DNA of 63,998 nt, counting the filler, from Circinaria calcarea (taxonomy: Eukaryota), in the NCBI GenBank assembly GCA_051942165.1. It is 8 parts of 8 records of this genome, joined end to end, with 100 filler letters (N's around TTAATTAATTAA, not from the genome) between each part and the next. Parts side by side here need not be neighbours in the genome. Positions count along the whole stretch, not along the records: positions 8,089 to 16,075 come from JAVECS010001196.1; positions 16,176 to 24,159 come from JAVECS010001197.1; positions 24,260 to 32,240 come from JAVECS010001198.1; 5 more parts are not named here. One strand, 5' to 3'. The notes beneath the pieces were generated by a model, which had not been told where the DNA came from, ran no database searches, and saw nothing but the letters and a program-made list of their open reading frames with translations. The number at the start of each line of letters is the position of its first letter. The stretch's first letter is position 1. A program made the position numbers and the translations under genes. Shown here piece by piece: positions 13,669 to 24,540 of this stretch.

Positions 13669-14441
13669 AAACTAACAAACTCGCAATAGATACTGGTGAA
13701 GAGGGGGGTTGTCCTCTGATTTCTCTGCTTTTGAGCTATATACCCCCTATTTTGCATCGACTCTTCTGGTTTGGCTATTTGGGGCAGCGGGTATCTTGAT
13801 TGTCCGCTAGAAAGGGATCATTGTTTAGCTACGTCTTTAGCTTTAGCTTATCTACTGAGCATTACTCATCTCACGAATTCACTCACGAATCTGTTCCTGC
13901 GCACTCCATACCCGACAAGCATTGGTATAGCTCCTCGCCCTCACGATTACGCGGACAGCCTTGGTCTACTGCAATAACTACCTAGGTAGACCCCCTTCCG
14001 TGGCCAGGAGGTAAACGCTTATCGTTCCCTCACTTTCCATGTTAGCTGCATATCCCAGATTCCCCTAATTAAGTTATGTACGCATTTTCAAGACCCTCGT
14101 CCTCGTCCTCGCCCTATCTGGATCTCTCGAAGACGGGGGTATTAGAGCCGATCATTGCCTTGGTTGTTTAGAGAAAGGGATTCGTTGAGCCCGGCTTACA
14201 CGACTATCGTGATAGAATGGTAGATAGGAGTGGACGTGGGTGTTACGTCCCTAAGCTTCTTAGGCAAAGGCAATGCTAGTCACTGGTATAAGGCGGGGAC
14301 TCTGTAATATGCACTAAGGTTCTATACCAATCACTTGGCAAGTAATAAGTGGCAATAGAAGTATATTGCTACAATTGTAAGGTCTTGACCACACAGGTCA
14401 AATACTACGGAAAGGACTGTGCCTATATACCTTTTCCCTGA

Positions 14442-14577
14442 CAGGGGTCATAGTAGTGATCCCTATGATCCCACTGCTCCACAGCCAGATCAACCGGATC
14501 ACTCAGATCACTAGTGCTCCCATTGATCCCATACGTTACACAAGGGATCACTCGGATCATCCTCCTGAATACCCTTG
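14442..14577. repeat. Short GATC-motif array, probable non-autonomous DNA-transposon relic
   Basis: About eight GATC cores in 135 bp; imperfect CAGGGG...CCCTTG ends; collinear similarity to 18363-18510. Confidence 0.4.
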
Positions 14578-14708
14578 GTACGCGTAGTACTGGTCATGGC
14601 TGGTGGCGCCATTACAGAAAGCTTGGCGACCCCCTCTAAACACGGGGGGTTTTTTTGAAAGAAGTCTGAGGGATATATAAACAGCTATGGCTTAAGTATA
14701 TAATGCAT

Positions 14709-16075
14709 TTAGCTTTCAATATCGCTGTTGTCAGTTTCACTTGCAGTATCTAATGTAATGTGCTTATTATTCTCAGATTCAACCTCACTCTCAGTCTCTG
14801 ATTTTAGTTCCGGGCTGTTGAGGCCGTGTTCCGTGTATGGTGTGACACCATCCCCATCCCCATCCCCAGTGACAATACTCTGCTGTTCGGAAGATGGTGA
14901 TGTCGACGCATACTCAGGGCCGTTTTCTTCAAAGTTGTGCTCTGGGTGCAGGATATCTTGTGACCGGTAGCATTTATAACAAAGGTGGAAATCGCAGCTA
15001 CTGCAATTATAATCAATTCCGACAATAATCTAACACTTTTATTAGCCAAATCAAATAAGGAGAAGCACTGTCTGGCGCAGGTGCTAGCGGCTCTCCTATG
15101 CAAGCCACAAGGCACTGACCCTAATAAGAAAGTGAAGGCACTCACCATAAAACAGCTGTCGCAATACGTGCCCGATTTATAATCCGCCATCTTTGATATG
15201 TGAAACTCATCATCCCAAACCTCCTCTTTTCCGCTGGGCAGGATTCTCTTCTTTTCCTTCGGAACAAGAAGAGTGCAAACCTCATCACTGGACCCATAAT
15301 ATCTAGAAGCCTTAAGAGGCGACCATTCCCTATCAACCCCCTTTCCTCTCACCCAGAGACTGGCCTCACGTTCAAGAAACTTCTCAATTAGTTCGGTCAC
15401 TGAGAGATTTCCCTTTGCAAGCCACAGCAGCGGAGTCCAGCCATCAACATCAAGGATATCTACGGAACCGTTCGCGTCCAGGAGAGGATCAATCTCCTCG
15501 TTGAAGTTGTTGCCGGCGGCTGCGAAATGTAGAGGTGTCATCTTGAGCTTGGTTTCGGCGGCTGTTTCTGCTCCTGCCTCAATGAGCGGGCTAATCGAGT
15601 CAGTATTCTGAAACGCCGCCAGGTGAATGGCTCTTCTGCCTTGCCTGTCTTCTCTATTAGGGTCCGCTTCATTGTCAAGCAGATAGCGGACAATCTCGCC
15701 TCCGTGATTGAAGGCGGATCGGAGCAACGGATAGACAAGAACGCGGTCGGATTTGGCATTAACATCGACCTTGGCCTCCTTTACCAGGTACTTCACAATA
15801 TCCAAGCGAGCGTCGTTCGTGTCTCCTGCGCAGGCAGAATAGAGAAGAGTTTCCTTATAGCCACTGGCGTCTGCTCGGTTGATGTCAGCGCCAGCGTCAA
15901 TCAAGACCTTGAACATAACGTAGAACCCCTCGGTAGCTGCAACATGAAGCGGAGTGCCGAGCTCTGGCGCGTAAGCATTTGGATCAGCCCCTTTGGACAG
16001 GAGATACTTTGCGAGTTCTTGATGGTCCGCAGATATAGCCTTGGTGAGTGGCGTGTAACCAGCCTTGTTAGAGGC
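14709..16075 (-). CDS. Ankyrin-repeat protein with C-terminal ZZ-type zinc finger, 5'-partial
   Basis: Ankyrin repeats (GTPLHVAA, GRRAIHLAA, MTPLHFAAA, GWTPLLW). YCDSC, then an intron near 15030-15145, then YNCSSCDFHLCYKCY..HPEH and an acidic tail. Confidence 0.8.
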
Positions 16076-16175
16076 NNNNNNNNNNNNNNNNNNNNNNNNN
16101 NNNNNNNNNNNNNNNNNNNTTAATTAATTAANNNNNNNNNNNNNNNNNNNNNNNNNNNNNNNNNNNNNNNNNNNN
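16076..16175. other. Artificial contig-joining linker
   Basis: Same 100-bp N/TTAATTAATTAA spacer. Confidence 0.98.
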
Positions 16176-16872
16176 ATCTGTCGCGGTTGTTTTGACCACG
16201 TCTTTCATGTTGTAGACCTTCGGCCTTCCATCGGGATTGTCGGCAAAAGATACCAGCCTAAGACCATGCTGGAATAGAAACAGCCCGCCTAGGCAGTACG
16301 GATGAAACCACCTTCAAGTTTGTGGTCAGTAAGGTAGGTTGCTAGGAAAGGAGTCTACAGAAGGGACCCTTACAGGTGAGCCTCGCGGGTTCGACGCAAA
16401 GTTTCACGTATAGCAAAGTCGAATTGATAGTTGTTCTTGTATAGCTTGCTTTTGACATCTTTCTTGATTTCATCTAGAGTTGCAAGGACGTTGACCGGCT
16501 CGATATCGACCTTGGCCTCCTTTGGCGGATTTTTCGAGTAGGCCAAACTGGATTGGAATGCCAACACCTTTTTCAATTGGTCAATGGTCTTGATAGAAAT
16601 GTCTTGGTTTAGAGGGATACTGGTCAGGCATTTATATGCCTCGTCAGGGGTTACGAATACTGTCTTGGCTGCGTGGAACGGATTAGCGGTTCAATATCCT
16701 GAGTGACACAATGGCCAGAGCATCCCATACGTTTGGTGGCTGGTGGTACGATAGCAGGTATTGCCGGAATGTTGATACAGCCAGTCGAGCCAACGAGCTC
16801 CCTATTGCCAATTGTTGACTGCAAGGAGGCTTGGATGAGAACAAGCAATAGAATAGACAGGTGAGATAACAT
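16176..16872 (-). CDS. Secreted peptidase S41-family protein, N-terminal part
   Basis: Signal peptide, intron (gtatgg...cgcag), then AYKCLTSIPL..LAFQSSLAYSKNPP..YKNNYQFD..REAHL, typical of fungal S41 N-termini. Confidence 0.7.
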
Positions 16873-18362
16873 CTTAAAATGAGTAGACTATATACAAATA
16901 GGAATGCAATTCAATAGGGGGAAGGCTTCAGTAGACGCGTAAGTTTTGGAAACAACTATAACCCGTTTTATATACCCCTATAAACAATGGGACCACGCGA
17001 AAATTATAAAGAAATTGGAAAGGCATCGTTGCCGGTTCATTCATTAACGTAGCCTGTTCTTTAGTGTCCTTCCGGCTCGCGGTTGCTCTGCAATTACCGT
17101 TCTTGAATGCTTCTGTTCAATCTCGAAAGTACCATTGTTTTGCCATAGCCATGGAGACTAGCGATGCTAGGGAATCGACCATGCCCCGGCATAATCACTA
17201 CAGCAAGGATGAAAGGTTTGCGGAATTACCCTGGCTGGCTGAACAATGCTCGAGCCGCCACAAGGGAGGAAACAAAGTCAGCCTCAGACGACCAAGACAC
17301 CTGATCAGGTTGATAAAATAGTGTCTGTGGGATCTTGGCGGAAGGAGAGTAGAGAAACTCCCCAGGAACGGGGTAGCCTGTAAACCCTCTGGCATGGTTG
17401 TTCTAGAACCATAGCCATGCGAAGGTAGGTAAGGTTGAGGCCTACGGAAATATGCCAAGGGTAGTGGCTTTCGCATTATCGGGGTGTCCCTGGTACTGCC
17501 ATTGAGAAATATGGTGTCGATGGAAAAGCGGTGCGCAGAACCATCTTCCACTAAACCAGCGCTTTCACGTCTTCCCAGAGCTGATGTACTTAGTCTTGGT
17601 TCAACACCTACTGCGAAGTATGCTCATGGACAGCCAAGTGTTCTTTAATATATTTTGGCCATCCCATTCCGAGTCGGGGTCTTGCCCAGAGCCGCCGGCC
17701 TTGCCCAGCAATTGTGTAGCGACTTTAGGGCGATATAATAACGGCCGTACGAAGCTGAGGTTCATGCTAGCGTTGTCGTAGCGAATTGGTGATCCTGTTT
17801 TACATAAACACCAACGCACGAACTTCTACGGTCCCGATGAAGTTTGTGGTTGAAGGTTAACGCCGAGACGGTGTCCCCAGTCCCAAAGGTGCAGAGTTTG
17901 ATGTTTCGATCCGATTTTACGCCACTAAAGTACATACCTCGAGATCTCTTCATGGGTAATGACTTTGGCAAGTTCATCTGGAAAGGCATCTATCTGAAAA
18001 AGGATAGGGCACCGAATATATACAATCACGTGAAAGGCAGTCTGTATATTCGCTGTTTGGATAGTTGCAGGGGTAACAGTTGTTAGTGCCATTTTCGATT
18101 ACCCTGTACCAGAGATCCCTGAGCTATGCCGTATCCGGCCCAATACCGCATTTTCCCCGCATTCTAACCATTATTTTAAAAAATTATTATTCTATTAATA
18201 TAACCCCAATTGATTCAGCTTTTATAAATCTAGATATTTAATTACGCCCGAATATACGAACCACCGCCAGAAAATACGGCCTAATCGAAAATATCCTAAA
18301 AAAATACTGGAAAAACCAAACCATATCTGTTATGGCGCTACGCCATACTGACTACAGCCTAG

Positions 18363-18510
18363 CAAGGTTACGGGACGGAACGGGGCAACGTGGGAGCGAT
18401 GCTCTCGTTGCTCAGTTGTGTAACCATAGGGAGCAAAGGGAGCATCCCTATGCTCAGGTGTGCTCGGGGTGTGAGCAAAGGGAGCAACCAGAGCAACCAT
18501 ACTATATAGG
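18363..18510. repeat. Short GAGCA/TGCTC-motif array, probable non-autonomous DNA-transposon relic
   Basis: Multiple GGGAGCA/TGCTC cores; aligns with the reverse complement of 14442-14577; lies in AT-rich decayed DNA. Confidence 0.4.
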
Positions 18511-19056
18511 CAGGTTATTCTGCGCTCATTAGAATAGCATGCTTATAGACCGTGTTCAATAGACTCCATACTATTGAGCCTAGGGCAACAGTTCAACTAC
18601 ACCCTATGTAACCGTGCTATCACCAATCGAGACTTAACATATTCCTCATTAGGCCTCAAGGATTGCAGCGCCCTTACAAAGGGGCGCGATATTATATTCG
18701 TTTAAAAAATTCGGTTTCGCGTAATAAGCGTTTTGAATAGTCGGCTTTTATTATGATTATTATTATTTGATAGTTAATAAAATATAGGAGGTGTGTAAGC
18801 AATAACCGCAGTCGTATTAGCAGCTATAATAAAGTATTTAAGCACGTTGTATAGTATATATTAATTATATAAAACAGCAGGCAGTAATTGGGTGCTATAT
18901 TATTATAACGGTTATAAACAGGGACTCTGGACCGGAGGAACCTTAAACCGGTGAGCCAAAATATTAAAAAATAGCTTATAATAAATTATAGCCTGTGAAA
19001 ATCGGGCTTTGCCGAAATGGCCCAAAAAAGAGCCGAGAGTCGGTCGTGATTGGGAC

Positions 19057-19276
19057 TGTAAGGATCCTTTACGAATAGTGTAATGATTTTACGAATAAGG
19101 GTCGGTAAACTGTGTGACAATGAGCTCAATGGGTTCGCATAGCGTATGAATTATTACTAAAGAATTCTCGTGTAACGCTTCGCGAGGAAAACCTTTCTCG
19201 CTAAGCCAGTACCCCGTGACCTCGGTTTATAGTTCACCCGTAGGGTTCGTAGGGGTTCTCGGGTAGAGCCCTTACA
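19057..19276. mobile_element. LTR-like repeat, copy 1
   Basis: 220 bp, TGTAAGG...CCTTACA inverted ends; near-identical to 21278-21507 and 59347-59567; no target-site duplication seen. Confidence 0.8.
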
Positions 19277-19371
19277 CGAAGAATTGGATACGAAAGATAT
19301 CTTATTACTATAAGTAACACAAAGATTGCCTCAATCGGTCGGCAGCAACTTTCATATCTCATCACTATTTA

Positions 19372-20633
19372 TCATAGCCTCTCGTACTTTCCCCCCTCCC
19401 CTTGAGGCATCATGTAGCTATCCTTTGGGAATTTTGCATCGCCCTCCACAATACTGAAGGTATATGCGATTCTGCTCCTTGAGCTCTTATTGAAACCGCT
19501 TCTATGTAAGAGATTGCCGTGGAAGAGGATGAGAGTCCCTTTTGCAACGGAGAGTGGGGTGTAAATGTGCTCTTGCTTTACTTCCTCCATCCTCTGTTTC
19601 TCTCTTTCTTGGGCCCATACCGGCGCCGCCAAATCAATAAATCGCGGCTTGCCATCCTCGCTTTGAACCAATCGCTGCCTCAACGGCTCCTGAATGGAAT
19701 AGAGGTCAGCATTGCCCGTTCAAAGTATGCATTGTATATCAAGGATCGTCGCTTTCCCCAGCCCTCTACAATGGCGATACAAGAAGACTTTAATTCACGT
19801 ACCGTTAGATGAGTTCCAGCAGCAACCTCCAGACAGCCATTGTCGACCATGCAATCTTCGAGAGCATACCAAAATGTGAGACAGCTAGGTGGGTCTGTGA
19901 AACTGACGCAGCCGTCTTGATGCGAAGTGATGCGACCGCCAACACCGGCGAGCTTGGCAATAATTTGAGATTGAGTGATACTTGGGTTGGTGTATCCTAG
20001 ATGGATGCTTACTGGTATCAGCGCCGAATAAGAGTATAAGGCAGGGATCGTTGGAAACAACCTATACTGGAAAACAAACGGAAAATGGATGGAGGCCTCG
20101 ATTGTCTACTTACCTAGGTCACTGGCGAGAGAGTGGTTGAAGAGGGAGCGGGTTATATCCCTAAAAGAAGGAAGCTGATGAACGCCGCATCCTAAGCGAG
20201 CGATACGGCGGGTGAAAGGATTGGGGGCTTGGTCGCCTGGTTAGGAGTATCAGCGAGGGAGCTCTTCTGAAAAGCCTTAGATTACTCAAGCCTCCTGACC
20301 AGGTTCAAAGGTAGCCAAGATCCGGCCCACGGGCGATGGTGTCTTCGACCTCTGACTCGAGACATTGTGCCGAATTATTCCTTCGCCGCCTTCGGAGACA
20401 TGCTTCTTCAAAGCATGAGCCTGATTAAGTAAATCTTCTGCCTGGCTTATGGTCAGGGCGTTGGGGACGACAAGGTAGCCGTTCTCATAATAGGACCGGC
20501 ATTGCGTCTGGGTGAGGCCTGAGACCTGAGATAGTGGACTTTCGGCGCGCAGTCGGAGGGCAAGAGCGTGGTTTGGGAGATCGGGAGCGCCTAGAGGAAC
20601 TGCGCTTAGTATGCAATCACAAGCCAGTATCAT
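19372..20633 (-). CDS. Phytanoyl-CoA dioxygenase (PhyH/PHYHD1-like) Fe(II)/2-oxoglutarate oxygenase
   Basis: YYENGYLVVPNAL, HQD iron motif, FWYALEDCMVDNGCL, GTLILFHGNLLHRSGFNKSSRSRIAYTF; at least three GT-AG introns; start codon uncertain. Confidence 0.85.
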
Positions 20634-20748
20634 ATCTTGGAAACAAAGGCTTCAAAGAGACGACATGGGCTTCTCCGCAGTATCTAGCAACTGATGAATC
20701 AAATGCGGAGAGCTTGAACGGCATTCATAGTGGGGACATCAAACAGCT

Positions 20749-20919
20749 TCATAGGTGCATACCTCCAGAATACAATACCTCCGCGATCTGTTCATGAACT
20801 ATCACTGTACCATTGCCATTGTTAGCGTTGTTGTTTGCGGGATTATTGCCGTTATTATTGTTTTGATTGTTCAACAGCAGGCCTAAGAAAATAGGTGCAT
20901 GACCAACAATTTCTGTCAT
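20749..20919 (-). CDS. Putative 56-aa Asn-rich micro-protein
   Basis: ATG-initiated ORF MTEIVGHAPIFLGLLLNNQNNNNGNNPANNNANNGNGTVIVHEQIAEVLYSGGMHL; Asn codons mix AAC and AAT; no expression evidence. Confidence 0.3.
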   Translation of the reverse strand: MTEIVGHAPIFLGLLLNNQNNNNGNNPANNNANNGNGTVIVHEQIAEVLYSGGMHL

Positions 20920-21277
20920 TGTTAGAATCATTAAGTTGCAGTATGAGGAAGATGAAAGAAGGCGCTTGTAAAGGATTAAGGGCAACGACGTGAGGGGTCG
21001 CCATGCAAGAGGAAAGCAGTACAGCTGCAGAGATGATTGGGATGTCGAGTCAATGATGCATTTACTCGTGACAATGTGCACGCCCACCGTTAAGGGCTGG
21101 CTTTTCTCTGGTGATTGGTTTAGAAAATATGAGGAGGGTATCACGATCTCATATTAGCGGAGCGGATAACGCCTGTGAAATGTCTGATTAAGTTTTGATG
21201 GCGATCGCTGGTTTTCATACTGTATGGTTCAAGTTCTAGAAGTGCATGTTACGATGCAGCTTGCGATCAGCCGTAAA

Positions 21278-21507
21278 TGTAAGGATCCTTTACGAATAGT
21301 ATAATGATCTTACGATAAGGGTCGGTAAACTGTGTGATAATGAGCTCAATGGGTTCGCGTAAGCGTATGAATTATTGCTAAAGAATTCTGGTGTAACGCT
21401 TCGCGAGGAAAACCTTTCTCGCTAAGCCAGCACCACGTGACCTCGGTGTATAGTTCACCCGTAGGGTTCGTAGGGGTTCGTAGGGGTTCTCGGGTAGAGC
21501 CCTTACA
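21278..21507. mobile_element. LTR-like repeat, copy 2
   Basis: TGTAAGG...CCTTACA, with an extra internal TTCGTAGGGG unit; a polypurine-tract-like AAAAGGGGGTAC lies about 10 nt outside on the minus strand. Confidence 0.8.
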
Positions 21508-21735
21508 TAAGGGTAGAGTACCCCCTTTTGGCGTAGTGGCAAAAGAAGCGCGTCGGGGCTCCCCAACAATCTTATTTTATATGGAGATAGAAAGGGTACG
21601 GCGGGTGTTTAGTTACTAGAGGTAACACTAACGACGGGGACAACGGACCAGATGAGCAAAACTGAGCGTACGGTTCTTGGAAATTTTTTTCTAAAAAAAG
21701 CCGATTAATGTACTACAGGCCCTTGGTTTGAATTC

Positions 21736-23079
21736 CTAAACTGAAGGGTGTTCCCCCCCTTGTACCCGCGCACTATCCATGTACGAACCCAACTCTCGCT
21801 CGCTATCCGTCCAGGCAACCTCGTTCCGCACGTAGATAGCGTTCATCGGAATCCCCATCTCCAGCTCCGCCTCACTAGCGCTCCCCTTCCGGATGGTATT
21901 CGTAAACCTTTCCATCTCCCCATCTCCCCCATTCAACCTCGTAAAGTCCTTGATTTCGCTATGCGATGCGGCCTGCTTGTGGGACCGGGAGCGGGCGGGC
22001 GGTGTGGGGGCTTTCGATGAATGGGAAGAGAATTTGGAGAGGCGGGTCGTGAAGCTTTTGAGGAAGAAGCGAAGGCTGGGGAGACAGGCGCAGATCAGAC
22101 CGACGTTAGGCTCGACAATGGACCATATTGCAAGCCCGACCCAGTTCCCTAGGCAGGGAAGTGTTAGATGATTGGGACTTGAAAGGAGCCATAGGACTGA
22201 TGATCTTACATGAAAAGTCCGAGTAGGGGACATCAACGATGATGATCAGTCGGATGATACTGACCGCACAGACACTGCAAAGCCTCAGTGACGTGACCGT
22301 CAAACTCGAACGACGACGGATACTGACAAGCCACCAGCCAAGAATACACCACACAGTTCGATTTTCTGCGATCTCGAAACGTGCAGTTTCCAGATCAGGG
22401 GTAAGGGGATGATTATGATGATAAGGTCGGTAATCATATTTGGGATCGCCGCTCCGAGAAAGGCTTTGTTGATATGAATACAAGTACCGGGTGAGAAGAC
22501 ATTCCACGCTCTGTGAATCGGAGTGCATTGGAAGAGAAAGGTCGCGGTAATGGAGATTTGCCAGCACAACACAACCGTTGCAACGGCCCACAGTACATAT
22601 TTTAGCTTCCTCTGCGGGAAGATCCGCTTATAAAAAAGGAGAATAGAATATTTGACAAGGCCTTGGTCGATATGGTAAAGGAACTCTTCGGAATAGCCGA
22701 TGCGTAGTAACTTGAAGGTCGCATTTGGTGGTAGAGCGACGGCGTGCTGTCCAAGGCCGAGATGTATGCCTAGTCAAGTGGCTGATCAGTGCGGCTCTTT
22801 GGCCTGATAGAAGCTGCTCTTACCGATAAAGTTGCATATATGCTGGCCTAAAATCGGAAGCTATAGTAGGAGAAATTAGTATTTCCACGTATAAATATGC
22901 TAAAGCTGTCGGAATCACACCAGAGCAGCTAGAATCATCCAATCGTCCCACCAAAGTCCTGCTCTTGACAGCTTCCTCGCTAAGAAACGTAATGCCACGG
23001 ATGCTATCGCTAATATGATCATGATAATCTGCCCTATCAGCATTGTAGGCCCGACATTTGCGTGAACATCATAAGACAT
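21736..23079 (-). CDS. PTH11-like (fungal rhodopsin-domain) integral membrane protein
   Basis: VALRFLARKLSRAGLWWDDW, FQCTPI, NMITDLIIIIIPLPLIWKL, WSIVEPNVGLICACLPSLR; several introns. Confidence 0.9.
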
Positions 23080-24159
23080 GATGGGAGATAGAGCAAATTT
23101 GACGGTTGTGCTAGATGAAGCTGACAAAAAAATATGACGGTAGTAGAGGGGCGGCTATGCCCATTTACATATCAACGAAAGGAGCAGAGTTGACATTGAG
23201 AATATACAACGCTGGCAGTACAAGATAGACGTTCTTGTACGATGGTTACAGTACCACAAGGTAGATTATCAGGGCTTAAACACGACCCTACCGATGGTGC
23301 CTGACTCTAGTCCAGTAGTCCAGGATGTGGGAGAGATCCAAAGCATGGCAGTTGCAGACGTCTGCATGCAAGGCCATGTAAGGAAAAGGGTGATAGGGGT
23401 CGAGAATCTCGCATGCTGCTCGAAGCAGACAGACACAGATAGCACGATCATCGAATTGCAGATTTGATGGCCCTTTATGAGATGCAAGCATCTTTTACCC
23501 GTACCGTAAGCGTGTGCCGATCAGCATGGTTAGAACTATCACCGTCAATATTGCGTGCATGAATACGATGCATGAAGGTGGCGCCACAGCGACACCAAGC
23601 AGTAGATCAACATGAGGGAGGTGCAGTGCATCTTCGTTTCGAACAACCCGTCCACTGGATCGCATAGAATAACTCACGCATCGGGTGACGTCAAGCCCAC
23701 AGCGTCGGGACCAATCCACTTCTCATCCCATCGCGCCCCACCCTACCGCCTCGCGATGACGCCGTCGAAGTGGTTACATGGAAGCCACGGCACCAATCTT
23801 CAACGCGCAGCTGCTTCATCCAGAATCGTTATCGCTCCCTATATACGGAGGTAAAAGAAATAGGGGTGCTCCGCGATGCTGTCTCCCTAATGGTGGGCAA
23901 GAACGCTGTCAAGTTCAGTGGGGTAGAGCACTGCACTATCCGAAGAATATCTACAGGGCGAATATGACCGGTACTGACTGCTATAACATGGCACATTATA
24001 TGCATGACAGTCGTACTACCCCTAATCCAGGGGCTCTCCCAAAAACCCCAAACCTCACACCCCCTGCTACAGCATGCTTGCGCCATACATACCCCAGTAT
24101 ACCCAGCCCATTCTAATTTCGCGCGCCCTGGCTCCACCACCTCTGCCACTTGGCAATAC

Positions 24160-24259
24160 NNNNNNNNNNNNNNNNNNNNNNNNNNNNNNNNNNNNNNNNN
24201 NNNTTAATTAATTAANNNNNNNNNNNNNNNNNNNNNNNNNNNNNNNNNNNNNNNNNNNN
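24160..24259. other. Artificial contig-joining linker
   Basis: Same 100-bp spacer. Confidence 0.98.
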
Positions 24260-24540
24260 GTATAACTACCGTTCTTCAACTTCTTCCACGCCGTCTTATC
24301 CAGAGCAACCGAGCTTCCAATACCGCCGATAGTGTCCCCGTATTCGTCTCGGGCATTGGAAGGTATGAAGCCATAGCCGGCAAGCTGTTGGTATGTATAA
24401 CTCTTGCCGTTGCAGGTAGTCTGGTTCACGTACGGCTCTGATTTAGGTGCCCTAGGGTGGATCCCATTGTCGTTTTCTAAGTCGTCAGCAGCCACGGTCA
24501 GTAGTGCGGCGAAGAGAAATAGAGCCGCTTGGAAGAACAT
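24260..24540 (-). CDS. Secreted phytase-like (esterase-like activity of phytase) domain protein, N-terminal part
   Basis: Signal peptide followed by VNQTTCNGKSYTYQQLAGYGFIPSNARDEYGDTIGGIGSS. Confidence 0.7.

Noticed and set aside
14627..14657. Hairpin followed by T-run resembling a bacterial intrinsic terminator
   Set aside because: Eukaryotic context; short and likely chance.
19057..21507. A single LTR element (TRIM-like) that captured PhyH
   Set aside because: No outer target-site duplication, no internal PBS/PPT, gene retains introns, and copy 2 shares several bases with copy 3 rather than copy 1.
21529..21543. TGGCGTAGTGGCA resembling a tRNA-Ser primer-binding site
   Set aside because: About 20 nt from the LTR end, imperfect, and conflicts with the polypurine tract suggesting the opposite orientation.
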